Below the pieces are notes generated by a model. It ran no database searches, was not told the origin of the DNA, and saw nothing but the letters and a program-made list of their open reading frames with translations. A program made the translations under genes and the position numbers. Below, one piece after another: positions 1 through 9,793 of a DNA stretch of 56,896 nt; within the stretch, counting starts at the first letter, position 1; every line of letters starts with the position of its first letter. This stretch comes from an uncultured virus (IMG/VR IMGVR_UViG_3300031669_000004) (taxonomy: Duplodnaviria > Heunggongvirae > Uroviricota > Caudoviricetes), in the IMG/VR virus record IMGVR_UViG_3300031669_000004. One strand, 5' to 3'.

Positions 1-12
1 GCCGTAACAAGG

Positions 13-282
13 ATGAGACTTGGGGAATCCAAGAATCATGGTAATATATCACCAACGAGGAGACCTTTTAATATCAAGGAGGCTTTAGAAGGCAGGCCTA
101 TTCAAACCAGACAAGGGTTAGAGGCTATACTGCAAAAAGAAAGATCTATAAATCCACGTTTTCCTCTTCTAGTATTGGTAAAATTTCCACACGCTGATCT
201 AGTATACACCTATAACACTATGGGATGGCATTCTAAGGAAAAACGGGAAAATGATCCATTGGCATTATTCATGATAACCTAG
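13..282 (+). CDS. Hypothetical protein, paralog of ORFs at 2017 and 2261
   Basis: Shares PFN(I/L)xEAxxGxP(I/V) N-terminal motif; start uncertain. Confidence 0.5.
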   Translation: MRLGESKNHGNISPTRRPFNIKEALEGRPIQTRQGLEAILQKERSINPRFPLLVLVKFPHADLVYTYNTMGWHSKEKRENDPLALFMIT

Positions 283-457
283 GAGAAGATGATGTTTAAT
301 ATTAAAGCGCAATGCCCTGTATGTCATGGGGCCAATGAAGTGGTAGATAAGCGTGGGGAAAAGACTACCTGTATGACTTGTTTTGGCAGGGGGTACTTGT
401 TGGTTCCACGTCCGGCAAATCCTAACTTTAAACAGGAACCTGGGAGAAGGGAATAAG

Positions 458-1084
458 ATGGCCACTTACATTAGATTATTGGTTATACCAGTCAAAGATG
501 TGGTGGAGGCTATGCTTCGTGGGGATGTGTTCTTTAAAACAGAAAAGGGGCAAGTAGCCATTTCCTCTATTCGTATGAGAACATACACAAAGGGAACTGA
601 TTGTGTTCATTGTGGTAGGCAAGGTAGTTACTTCGCCATGGAGACCTTCGCAAGAGGATTGGTTAAATCACCTCACTTAAACTTGTATTGTAAGCAAGGC
701 CCTACGGCGACTGAGATCATGATGACTAGTGATCATATACTGGCTAAGTCAAGAGGAGGTTCTAATAATGATTTAGGTAATCGCCAACCTATGTGCTGTG
801 TATGTAATTCTAAGAAGGGGAGTTTTGACACCGTAGAAGAAGGTTTGAGGGCAAGCAAAGATGCAAGCAAAGCAGCTAGGGTATTATCAAGGCCAAAGAG
901 ATTAGAAAAGGCTATATCCTCGTCAACTTATTGCATAAAACAGCTAGAAGCAGGGGATACCTCAAAGGACTGGAGGAAGACCTTACAGCATAAACTATAT
1001 GATTCAATAAAATTAGAAAGGGCGTTGAATAATGAACAGGATTCGGAATCTATTTTATTCAGTAGAAAAATCTGGGGCGGGTGA
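458..1084 (+). CDS. HNH endonuclease-like protein
   Basis: CVHC ... DHILAKSRGG...N...CCVCN HNH/Zn motif; ATG 458 after GAAGGGA chosen as start. Confidence 0.75.
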   Translation: MATYIRLLVIPVKDVVEAMLRGDVFFKTEKGQVAISSIRMRTYTKGTDCVHCGRQGSYFAMETFARGLVKSPHLNLYCKQGPTATEIMMTSDHILAKSRGGSNNDLGNRQPMCCVCNSKKGSFDTVEEGLRASKDASKAARVLSRPKRLEKAISSSTYCIKQLEAGDTSKDWRKTLQHKLYDSIKLERALNNEQDSESILFSRKIWGG

Positions 1085-1349
1085 TTTAGTTCCTATCACG
1101 GTTAAAGAACTTGGGGATCTGCTACTAGCTGCTGAGACCTTGCGCATGGTGGCAAGTGAGGCGGAACTACTAAAGGCCAATCTTATGGTTGATCGTGGTA
1201 GGACTATGATTCGTAAGTCGGATATAACCACCTCTAAGGAATTGGATGAGTGGATTGCTTCTTCTAAATGTGCCTTAACGCCACTTGGCGTCGGTGATCT
1301 TAATGCAGTTGATGTAGGGGACTTTGTCTCGGAAAGAATAAGAAAATAA
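1032..1349 (+). CDS. Hypothetical protein
   Basis: ORF overlapping upstream gene, ends at terminator. Confidence 0.55.
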   Translation: MNRIRNLFYSVEKSGAGDLVPITVKELGDLLLAAETLRMVASEAELLKANLMVDRGRTMIRKSDITTSKELDEWIASSKCALTPLGVGDLNAVDVGDFVSERIRK

Positions 1350-1381
1350 AAAAAATCCCAGCTTAGTTCTGGGATTTTTTT
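1350..1381. terminator. Bidirectional intrinsic terminator
   Basis: A-run-ATCCCAG-loop-CTGGGAT-T-run between convergent genes. Confidence 0.7.
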
Positions 1382-1902
1382 AGCCTTTCTAAGGCATCTT
1401 CTGAATCTCTTATTATATCATCTAGATTTAAATCTTCCTGCATGTCTGGCCACCAATGGTTGCCTTTGCTGGAATTGGCCAAAGCTGAAAGTGGCTCCAT
1501 GTTAGATAAACAAGTAAAACCGGATACGAACTTGGAATTGAGGGGAACAATGTGATCAACATGGAATGGAAATCCATAAGCATCTCTTAGATTTTTTGCT
1601 TCTTTATATATTGCCGAAATGGCTTTTAATTCTTCTGGGTTATTCCTGGTCCAAGAAGCGATTTGCTCATCTTCCTTTGTCCTTCTACGATTAACTAGAA
1701 GTGCGTGTTTCTCAGGATTATTAATTATCCATAGGGCTTTGCGAACTGCATCCCACTCTTTATAAGATTGGGTTTGTCTCTCTGCATCTCTATTAATTTT
1801 TTTACAAGGAATACAACGACTGTCATAGCCACGCTTAGAGGCGTTGTTCTTATGGAAGTGATGATGGGGCTTTTCCTCTTTACAAACAGAGCATTGTAAC
1901 AT
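1363..1902 (-). CDS. Free-standing HNH (homing-type) endonuclease with N-terminal Zn ribbon
   Basis: CSVC...CIPC; HVDHIVPL...N...NSSKGN; inserted opposite to neighbours. Confidence 0.8.
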   Translation of the reverse strand: MLQCSVCKEEKPHHHFHKNNASKRGYDSRCIPCKKINRDAERQTQSYKEWDAVRKALWIINNPEKHALLVNRRRTKEDEQIASWTRNNPEELKAISAIYKEAKNLRDAYGFPFHVDHIVPLNSKFVSGFTCLSNMEPLSALANSSKGNHWWPDMQEDLNLDDIIRDSEDALERLKKSQN

Positions 1903-1945
1903 ATTGGTTAGTGGCTATACCGCTTAGGTTGGTCAACATAGGTCT

Positions 1946-1954
1946 ATTATAACA
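1946..1954 (-). promoter_or_regulatory. Sigma70-type extended -10 (TGTTATAAT) upstream of HNH gene
   Basis: Reverse complement of ATTATAACA, ~45 nt upstream of start. Confidence 0.5.
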
Positions 1955-1970
1955 TAATGAACCGTGGTTT

Positions 1971-1979
1971 TGGTATAAG
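1971..1979 (+). promoter_or_regulatory. Phage promoter motif TGGTATAAG
   Basis: Exact copy upstream of plus-strand genes. Confidence 0.7.
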
Positions 1980-2016
1980 TATTATGTAGGAGCCCACAGT
2001 TAACTTGGAGAAGAAA

Positions 2017-2259
2017 ATGAAACCCTTTAATCTTGAAGAAGCAAAAGCCGGAAAGCCCGTAGGAACAATAGGCGGTAGTTCAGTTACATTTCTAAGCTTT
2101 GATATGAAAAATCCCAAACCTATTGTTGCCCTTATCCACGATCCCAACTGGCCTAACCAAGAGCGCTGTGAGGCGGTGGTCTCTTATGACGAAACAGGGA
2201 TAAACAGTGAAAAATGGGAATCTGATGAAGATGACCTGTGCATGATACAAGGAGAATAA
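2017..2259 (+). CDS. Hypothetical protein (MKPFNLE family)
   Basis: GGAG RBS; tandem paralog of next ORF. Confidence 0.7.
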   Translation: MKPFNLEEAKAGKPVGTIGGSSVTFLSFDMKNPKPIVALIHDPNWPNQERCEAVVSYDETGINSEKWESDEDDLCMIQGE

Positions 2260-2260
2260 A

Positions 2261-2659
2261 ATGAAACCCTTCAATTTGGAAAAAGCAAAAGCAGGTGAAC
2301 CCGTTCAAATGGGAGACGGACGGCCAGTTACTTTTCTAAGATTTGACGTGAAAAGTGGCAGACCTATAGCGGCTATAGTTACAGAGAATGATGCTGATTA
2401 TACCCCCGGTGAGGAGTTGATGTGTTTTGACGAAAACGGGGATAATGGTGCGGGGTATGGCGAAGAATTCAATCTATTTATGGTCTCAAAAACAATGACT
2501 GGTTGGGTAGCAATAGGACGGGTCCACGTAGATAAGTTTGATACCGATCCCCCTATGGCAGTCTGTGGCGATGTGTATCCTACCAAAGAGGCAGCCAAGA
2601 GGAACTGTACCTTCTCTGATGCTGATATCATAGAAATAAAATGGGAGGTTGACCTATGA
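2261..2659 (+). CDS. Hypothetical protein (MKPFNLE family)
   Basis: AAGGAG RBS; N-terminus nearly identical to preceding ORF. Confidence 0.75.
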   Translation: MKPFNLEKAKAGEPVQMGDGRPVTFLRFDVKSGRPIAAIVTENDADYTPGEELMCFDENGDNGAGYGEEFNLFMVSKTMTGWVAIGRVHVDKFDTDPPMAVCGDVYPTKEAAKRNCTFSDADIIEIKWEVDL

Positions 2660-2725
2660 AGCAAGTACTTGAAAGTGTAACTGCTATTCAAAAGTATATG
2701 GCTTTAATAGAAATTGATTAGTAAC

Positions 2726-2754
2726 AACCCCCTAGAGGTTTTAGGGGTTTTTTT
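2726..2754. terminator. Intrinsic terminator between convergent operons
   Basis: CCCCTA-loop-TAGGGG plus T-run. Confidence 0.6.
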
Positions 2755-3895
2755 AGCCAGTAATTTCTACTGGGGTGTTGTCGTCAATTTCTCCAGCTTC
2801 CAAGGCTTTAAGCACAGCTGCCTCAGTTTTGAATTTAACTGTGGTTTTGGCCATGTCTGGGTCGGTCATGTGCATACTACCAAGAATAGCTTCATGGCCT
2901 GGGCTGACTAAGGAATGGCCAATGCCCTTTCTTGAGTCGAATATTTGATGCTGAGGCAATAGCTTCTTTTTAGCTTCTGCAACTGCCTCAGGCCCCATTG
3001 GTACAAATAGGCTTAAGGCGTCGCCGTCGAAGTCTCCCGCAAAATATGGTAGATGGATAGGGTTAATACCCATAGCCGTACCCTTGATTGGGACTGGGTA
3101 TACAGCAGTGATATTACTCTTCATCAAGGTAGGCGCACGGTTAATGATCATTGGCACTTGTTTTATAACTTTGTTAAAACTGGCTACAGCAGCTGGCGAT
3201 CTTTCCTCGTATGCCTTGGTAGCATTGATGTAGTCGTAACCATTCTTTGATAAGTCTCTGAGTATATGTAGTTTATACATAGTCCAGAGAATATCACTAG
3301 GCACGGCTGCCTCGTTAAATCCTAGATTTGGCTCTGCATATATAGTGGCACGGCCCGAGAAATCTTGTTTCTTGGAAAGTATCTTTGCGTGGAACAGTCC
3401 ACCCTTCGGCCCAGCAGTCCCGGCAACCTGCCTTAAAAGGCCCTTAACGCCTCTCCCTTTCGAATTAGGTGATATGGCCTCACCCAACCCAACGATGGCT
3501 TTAAGGCCATTATACGCATCAGCACGCTCAGCTATAAGTTCGCTGGCTGGAAGAATATCCTTAATATCCTTAAGTGCATTATTAACCACCATATGATCTT
3601 TATAAAGAGAATTGACATCAGAGAACTCAATACGATTTCCACCCATGACTGTAGCTGGTCTAACGACCGGTGGTACTACAGCTATGTTATGAACTACGTA
3701 AGCCTCGTCTCCAGATAAGCCTGATCTTTTTAACCCGTCTAGATACTTGATTCGCTTAATTAACTCATCTCGTTTAGATGCGGACTTAGAAGTTTTAAAC
3801 TCATCAGTAAGCTCTTTAATTTTGACGGCCGGGTCTACCGCGGCTAGCATGGCTTTAAAGGCGTCCCCTGTTACAAGCGGTGTATTAGTAGCCAT
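2753..3895 (-). CDS. rpoC: Multisubunit RNA polymerase beta' catalytic (middle) fragment
   Basis: VVPPVVRP, SDVNSLY, KKQDFSGRATI, NRAPTL and AGDFDGD motifs collinear with the clamp/active-site part of bacterial beta'; bridge helix and trigger loop region absent. Confidence 0.93.
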   Translation of the reverse strand: MATNTPLVTGDAFKAMLAAVDPAVKIKELTDEFKTSKSASKRDELIKRIKYLDGLKRSGLSGDEAYVVHNIAVVPPVVRPATVMGGNRIEFSDVNSLYKDHMVVNNALKDIKDILPASELIAERADAYNGLKAIVGLGEAISPNSKGRGVKGLLRQVAGTAGPKGGLFHAKILSKKQDFSGRATIYAEPNLGFNEAAVPSDILWTMYKLHILRDLSKNGYDYINATKAYEERSPAAVASFNKVIKQVPMIINRAPTLMKSNITAVYPVPIKGTAMGINPIHLPYFAGDFDGDALSLFVPMGPEAVAEAKKKLLPQHQIFDSRKGIGHSLVSPGHEAILGSMHMTDPDMAKTTVKFKTEAAVLKALEAGEIDDNTPVEITG

Positions 3896-4199
3896 GGCGG
3901 AAAGTATACTTTTTTTCTAAAGATTTGACTGCTTTCTTACCCAATTTAGTCTTCAACGTTGACTTAAGATCGTTTACCGCTTCTCCTATACCTGAAGGAA
4001 GTCCATGATATTTGTTAATTCCTGCTGCAGCCAATCCACTAACTCCGCCATCGACAAGTGCATTTTTAGCAGCTCCCTTTAGTCTATCAGTAAACGAACC
4101 AGGGGATAGCAGTCCTACGGTACCGCCTAGTGCTGCCCCTATTAACGCAGATTTACCTACATCCATACTAGCTATTTTTTCCAAATATTTATTACTCAT
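3885..4199 (-). CDS. Small Gly/Ala-rich hydrophobic protein between RNAP subunit genes
   Basis: Tightly coupled to both neighbours; GxxxG segments; N-term MSNKYLEKIAS. Confidence 0.65.
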   Translation of the reverse strand: MSNKYLEKIASMDVGKSALIGAALGGTVGLLSPGSFTDRLKGAAKNALVDGGVSGLAAAGINKYHGLPSGIGEAVNDLKSTLKTKLGKKAVKSLEKKYTFRHGY

Positions 4200-4200
4200 T

Positions 4201-7200
4201 TTATACCTTCACTGTTCTAACCAATTTACCATTATTAGTATTATCAACCATATCGAACTTACCATCACCTTTAGGGTGAATGCCGTACTTGCCTGAAGTT
4301 ATGTTATCGAACTCCCCAGTGCTAAGTCCAAGCACTGATTTAACAGGGCCTTCAAAAGCCGGATTAACCAGAGGTTCGGCTAGATGGTAATGGGCCCACT
4401 GCTCACCTTTCAGACCACCAGTTATAGCTTGGTCATATAAACCACCGTCTTCTGGGACTAGGTTTTTAGCATTGAGCATTAATGGTTCCTTAAGGGCACC
4501 GTTACTCATATGCAGTATTTCCTTATCTGTCATAGGAGATGCAGTTATGTTCCCTCCATCTATTTTAACGTTAACCCCAGCACCCTTCATTGTGTCAAAA
4601 AGCTTTTTAGTAGCAAAGGTAGTATTAGGTTTTGGTAGTGGCTCTCCACGAATAAACTTAGACCAGTAGTCATCATTCTGTTCTGATTTAACAGTAGAAA
4701 TTTCCTTAAGATTTTTTCTAGCATCAGAACCCAGCAAGCCTAACATTTCCATCCAGCCTACTGACTTGGAACCTTCATCCCCACCCTTAGTAGGTTGATG
4801 AACATTATCATACCCACCAACACTACGGGCTGATAAGTTTTGATCTGAGGTTTTATATAACTTAAGGAAGTATTGTGGTCCACCGAAGATCTGGCCATAG
4901 CTATGACCTGTTTTAGGATCTATGATTTCATCGGTATCCGATAAGCCATGTTTAGCCAAATCGTCCTTAACGGCTTTAAGATTACTCTTATTAGAGAAGT
5001 TATCTACTAAGTATGGTATGCCTGTTTTCTGGGCGACTTTAGCCGCAGCTGTTTCCATAAGCTGACCAAGATTAATACGAGAGGTTACTGAGGCTGGGTT
5101 AAGAACTAAGTCAACTGCTTTGCCAGTGGCTTTATTAGTAGGCATTTCAGTATCAGGTAATATTAATGAGACAATACCTTTATTACCGTGTAGCCCGGTT
5201 AACTTATCCCCTACCTCAAGTGATTTCACACTACGAATAAAGAAGCGTACGCTTTTGCTACTAGTGTAAGCATCTACAACCGTACCTTTTTCTGAATGTG
5301 TCCATTCTTCTGAAACTAAACGATACGGGTTTACAAGACTCTTGTGTAGACGTCCTAGGATTTTATCCTCAGGAGTAGCTTCCCTTTTTTCTAACACTGC
5401 ATATATTGGATCTCCATAGTCCATTTCTACTCCTTCTTTGGCGTAACCATAATCATCAAGCTTAGCCAATTGCGTAGGAGTAAACTTATTAGGGAAATAT
5501 CTTTTTAGTAATATCTTCTTAGCAACAGTATTGGGATTAACCTCATAATCTACTTTATAAGAATGATGGGAGTCCATACTCTTAGCTGCGCTTTCAGAGA
5601 TAACCATACCATCTTCGTGGTTATATCCCTTGTAAGGCATATAAGCTGCGGTAAGGTTTCTACCTAAGGATAAAACTCCATTAGAAGTGTAATTATTATC
5701 ATATAAAGCAGTAGGTCCTTTTAGGGTATCCCCCTTGCTTACTAATGGTTTCTCATCATCATGGAACCCTTTCATATTAAAAGGTAGGTTCCTTACTGCC
5801 TCTACTTTTTCTGTGATTCCGGTTTCCAAGTTTTTAATATGAACCTCTTTATTATCCACCTTAGTTACAATACCTGGACCTCTAGAGCTTGTAGCCGTTA
5901 TATCCCCAAATGCTTTCACGAAGGGGATTCCCTTTTCGCTAATTGTCTGTACTAATGGCTGTTCCCTATTAACTAATGATAGTGCCTGTGGCAATGCCTT
6001 ACCAGCCATAGTCAAACGCCCTGGGTGATTGGAGTTTAAGAAAGGTATAAGGTTAGTGGTTACAGTGTACATATTACTTGCATGAGGTATCCAATACTGT
6101 ACCCTACTTCTAGGTACGGACCTCATTTCGCCATGATCTTGGGCTTCAACTACTTTATCAGTAGTAGTTCTTTTATCGGAGAATCCTATCACAGAGTTCA
6201 TCATTTCACCTACTGACAGATATTTTTGATGACCTTCATTATCTAATACTGGCGTGTATAGGTTACCTTCTTTGTCCCTATGGGCGTTAATAGCAAACCT
6301 TTGATCAATACCGGCATGGCCTGATTCTGGTGTCCTAGATGGATCTATAATACCTAGGTGAGAAGGATCAATGTTACGGGCACCCATAGGAACACCACGT
6401 TCACTAGATATACCACCTTCGGCAGGTCCTAACACAGTTACTTTACCTACGTTTTCTAAGCTTTCAAGAGGATTAGTTTCTTGAGGCGTGGCTATCAAAG
6501 ATGATTGTTGTATGTAAGACGAATATACTTTACTAAAAGGTTTAACTGGTATGGCTTGGGAGATCTTTGGGTTATTTTGGTCTATACGTTCCATACCAAA
6601 ATTCATTTTATTTTTTACACGGCGAACACTATCATGATCCTTGGCAAATCTAGTGGCCAAGAAATCAGGTAAGTTCTGTACTTTTTTAAACTGTAATGAA
6701 TCTCGGTTATCCTCTGGTCGTTCTCTAGTATGTACTTGGACTAGGTTTCTAAGAGTAGATAAAAGTGCCTCTTTGGTTATCCCAGTAAAGGATTTACCAA
6801 GCGTAACCTTAGTAGTATCAGGGCTTAAAGTCGAGGCTTCTAGAGATTGTTTCAAGGCTGCGGCCATTTCTGGAACTGTGCTTGCTGGATTTTTAGTGTA
6901 AACCATACGTGAGTATAGTCCACGAATGATCTTATCCTCTTTACCCTCGGTGGCCGATACGTTAGCTTCCCATACATCTTTAGGTATATACTTTGTGGCC
7001 TCTGCCTCGTTTACCCCGTATACATCCTTTAGTAGTGGGCCTATAGGAGTATGTGTAGATCCTACTTCTAAGAAGAATAATTTGGATTGAGGGTCCAATA
7101 CTATGCGGAAGCTGGCCCCTTTACCAGTGTTAACGTGGGCCTCTAACTCATTAGTGTTCTCCCTGGTTCTAGTATACACTCCCGGCATAAGTTGTAGCTG

Positions 7201-7560
7201 ATTGGCAACTGAATAGGATGAGCCTTTATAGACCAAGGTATGCTTATCAGTTATATGAAACGCATCCATAAGACTGAAGTTTTTTTCTTGATCAATAGGT
7301 TTTCCGGTAGCCTTAGAATACATGGTCAGATCCCCACGTATAGGATAAGTCATTGATTTAGATCTAAGTATAGCATCTTTCTCATCTACCTTATTAATAT
7401 CTTTGCGATCACTATGAATGTTGGTCACATTTATTATGTAGTTTTTATTCTCGATAGGAAACATACTAGCTAAAGATTTAACTAATACACTATCCGCGTC
7501 TTCATTGATCTTTTTAGGTTTTGAGAAGATGGGGGCTAACTTGGATTTGTCGGTAGGCAT
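4201..7560 (-). CDS. rpoB: RNA polymerase beta subunit fused to N-terminal segment of beta'
   Basis: TPESGHAG, GYNHEDG, GDKLTGLHGNKG, LNPASVTSRINLGQ, YFLKL, ARSVGGY..QP, TVKSE; then beta'-like SPMTDKEI..S.G.LKEP..LN.KNLVPEDGGLY..ITG and HYHLAEP. Confidence 0.93.
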   Translation of the reverse strand: MPTDKSKLAPIFSKPKKINEDADSVLVKSLASMFPIENKNYIINVTNIHSDRKDINKVDEKDAILRSKSMTYPIRGDLTMYSKATGKPIDQEKNFSLMDAFHITDKHTLVYKGSSYSVANQLQLMPGVYTRTRENTNELEAHVNTGKGASFRIVLDPQSKLFFLEVGSTHTPIGPLLKDVYGVNEAEATKYIPKDVWEANVSATEGKEDKIIRGLYSRMVYTKNPASTVPEMAAALKQSLEASTLSPDTTKVTLGKSFTGITKEALLSTLRNLVQVHTRERPEDNRDSLQFKKVQNLPDFLATRFAKDHDSVRRVKNKMNFGMERIDQNNPKISQAIPVKPFSKVYSSYIQQSSLIATPQETNPLESLENVGKVTVLGPAEGGISSERGVPMGARNIDPSHLGIIDPSRTPESGHAGIDQRFAINAHRDKEGNLYTPVLDNEGHQKYLSVGEMMNSVIGFSDKRTTTDKVVEAQDHGEMRSVPRSRVQYWIPHASNMYTVTTNLIPFLNSNHPGRLTMAGKALPQALSLVNREQPLVQTISEKGIPFVKAFGDITATSSRGPGIVTKVDNKEVHIKNLETGITEKVEAVRNLPFNMKGFHDDEKPLVSKGDTLKGPTALYDNNYTSNGVLSLGRNLTAAYMPYKGYNHEDGMVISESAAKSMDSHHSYKVDYEVNPNTVAKKILLKRYFPNKFTPTQLAKLDDYGYAKEGVEMDYGDPIYAVLEKREATPEDKILGRLHKSLVNPYRLVSEEWTHSEKGTVVDAYTSSKSVRFFIRSVKSLEVGDKLTGLHGNKGIVSLILPDTEMPTNKATGKAVDLVLNPASVTSRINLGQLMETAAAKVAQKTGIPYLVDNFSNKSNLKAVKDDLAKHGLSDTDEIIDPKTGHSYGQIFGGPQYFLKLYKTSDQNLSARSVGGYDNVHQPTKGGDEGSKSVGWMEMLGLLGSDARKNLKEISTVKSEQNDDYWSKFIRGEPLPKPNTTFATKKLFDTMKGAGVNVKIDGGNITASPMTDKEILHMSNGALKEPLMLNAKNLVPEDGGLYDQAITGGLKGEQWAHYHLAEPLVNPAFEGPVKSVLGLSTGEFDNITSGKYGIHPKGDGKFDMVDNTNNGKLVRTVKV

Positions 7561-7562
7561 TA

Positions 7563-7841
7563 TTAATTTCTTTCTAGATACTCTAATATCATGAAGTACT
7601 TATCCATAAATGTGAACTTATCTGAATTAAGCAGGATGATGTCTTCTTCTCCTGGTTTTGCTTGTAGGGCTCTGGTCTTTATATCACATAGCTGAGCCAT
7701 ATCAGATGCATCGTCCACATCTGCTTTAATACATCTATACGACATATTATCAAGACTAGACTTGTTAGACATCTTACCTGAACCTGGACCCGGCATAGCC
7801 CCGATATCTCTGGTCTCTAGATGATTAATTCCTTCTGCCAT
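7563..7841 (-). CDS. Hypothetical protein in RNAP operon
   Basis: Closely spaced in minus-strand operon. Confidence 0.7.
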   Translation of the reverse strand: MAEGINHLETRDIGAMPGPGSGKMSNKSSLDNMSYRCIKADVDDASDMAQLCDIKTRALQAKPGEEDIILLNSDKFTFMDKYFMILEYLERN

Positions 7842-7843
7842 AA

Positions 7844-9658
7844 TTATGTTCCTTTACTTGGTTTTGGTTTTGAGTTGTCTTTTGACTTTGATGCCGGTGC
7901 TTGGGTACTTTTCTGCTTAGATGCCGGAGGCGGTGAGGCCGGGGTATCATCTGGTGCAGCCGCATTTACTTTAGCATCTACCTCTGCTTGTTGGGAGGTT
8001 GCTTCCATATTTTGTTGCATTAAGCTGGATACCATTAGATATTGGCCATAATCAGTTACCTTCAGATTATTCATGAAGGTACGCTGTGTAACGTCATCCA
8101 CTTGGGATAGCTCCATAGCCATATTTTGGGCTTTTTGCACAGCCGTCTTATATTCTTCATTTTCGTTCATTTCTTCTGATTTCTTACGGCCGGCCAAGAA
8201 CTGTGCCTGCTCTGTTTCATACTGAGCTTCTATTTGAAGTTTAGCTGCGGTTACTGCTTCTTCCTTAAGTAGCTCTTGCTCCTTAGAGAAATCCATCCCC
8301 ATTTCCTCATATAGCGTTGTGAATGATGCCTTGCCATTCATAGCCAATTGAGACATTAGGTTTTTAAGATTATCGTCATCCAGTAACTTAAATGGCAGCA
8401 AGTCCACTTTAATGTTCTCGATTTCTAGATATGAGGAAACCTTAGTCATAGCCCAATCAATAAAATCGCTTAGTCTACTTGTGTAGTTGAATAATAATGC
8501 TTCCATCATACGAAGACCAATTGAGGTAGATTCCCAGTTAGTAGTTCCAGATAACAACTCTCTTGAAACACCTAACGACAACAGAATTGAATCCTCGGCT
8601 TGTTGTATTTCCTGTGAAACTAACAAGTTCTTACCCTCCCCACCAAGCGCTTGGTATCCCACTGGGCTAGGGGCAAAGACAATGTGGTTAGGATCTTGCT
8701 TATGCCTTAATACTGCAGCCTGCATATTACCAACGAAGTTTCTTATAGACATAGCCACAACTGGATCGGAGTTAGCCGTCTGAGGTTGTGGATATAAAAC
8801 TCGTAGTGGACTTAGGTACTCCAATGATATTGCTTCATTAGCCTTTCTCAATGTCGCTTGATAGAAAACTAGGCTATACAGGGAGAGCATTGGTGGTATA
8901 GCAGTACCTTCTACTGATGCTCCGGTAGTAACATTCATTAAGTGATATATACTATCATGATCAAACTTAAAATCCTGATTGTGTCTAGCCGCTTCCACAA
9001 AACCCCAAGGTATTGTATCTATGAGTAATCTATCTCCTCTTGCTATCCTATTTTTCAAACTACTAGGTATTTTATAGAAATATTCCTTCTCGCCAGTAAT
9101 AGGGTTATTATTAACCACTATAGATAGCGGATCCCATCTAACCACATTCATATCTGCTATAGATTTAGATTTAGAATCTACTCTATTGAATATCCCTTTA
9201 TAACTGCAGGTTGGGCATTTACCTGTAAATTGCCATTGCTTGAACTGTAGCCAAGGTGATTTCTTAGCTGAGTATGATGTCTTGCAGGTTGGGCATTCTA
9301 AGGATCTATGAATTGGAGTATAGATAGACACGAAGCTATTACCAATGGTGAAGTACTCGAACCCTATATTCATAAGGGCTTCCTTCATCTTAAAACTTTT
9401 GAGTATCTCTAAATATTTATCCTTCATCTTATCGTTTTTAGTATCGATGGTGAAATCGGTGATAGGATAGGTGGCGTACTTTCTAAGAGTCTCAGCAACT
9501 ACTGGACTCTGTAAAATAATATACTTACTCCAACGAATCGTGTCGATGAAGTTACGCGGTAGGAATTGGTTACCTACTAAAAACCATGGGTTAGGGCTAT
9601 TACTAGTAGCTCCGTCTGAGACTCCAGGTATTGGAGGGGAATTTAATATTGAAGACAT
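7844..9658 (-). CDS. Putative portal-like structural protein with Zn-ribbon insertion
   Basis: 604 aa; portal-like segments (G.AIPPM..L...A.L.KAN...SPL; SLGVSRELLSG); CPTC...CPTC insert; helical/low-complexity tail. Family call is inference. Confidence 0.5.
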   Translation of the reverse strand: MSSILNSPPIPGVSDGATSNSPNPWFLVGNQFLPRNFIDTIRWSKYIILQSPVVAETLRKYATYPITDFTIDTKNDKMKDKYLEILKSFKMKEALMNIGFEYFTIGNSFVSIYTPIHRSLECPTCKTSYSAKKSPWLQFKQWQFTGKCPTCSYKGIFNRVDSKSKSIADMNVVRWDPLSIVVNNNPITGEKEYFYKIPSSLKNRIARGDRLLIDTIPWGFVEAARHNQDFKFDHDSIYHLMNVTTGASVEGTAIPPMLSLYSLVFYQATLRKANEAISLEYLSPLRVLYPQPQTANSDPVVAMSIRNFVGNMQAAVLRHKQDPNHIVFAPSPVGYQALGGEGKNLLVSQEIQQAEDSILLSLGVSRELLSGTTNWESTSIGLRMMEALLFNYTSRLSDFIDWAMTKVSSYLEIENIKVDLLPFKLLDDDNLKNLMSQLAMNGKASFTTLYEEMGMDFSKEQELLKEEAVTAAKLQIEAQYETEQAQFLAGRKKSEEMNENEEYKTAVQKAQNMAMELSQVDDVTQRTFMNNLKVTDYGQYLMVSSLMQQNMEATSQQAEVDAKVNAAAPDDTPASPPPASKQKSTQAPASKSKDNSKPKPSKGT

Positions 9659-9747
9659 TTAGGGTACCTAGGTGAATATCTATAGTATGGTAGCATATTT
9701 GATATTATTCATCAATCTATTTTAGTTTAAACTTAGATTCATTATTA

Positions 9748-9756
9748 TGGTATAAG
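9748..9756 (+). promoter_or_regulatory. Phage promoter motif TGGTATAAG
   Basis: Exact copy at strand switch. Confidence 0.7.
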
Positions 9757-9793
9757 GATTTGTAGGAATATTTAATTAATTTAGGGGTCTGCC

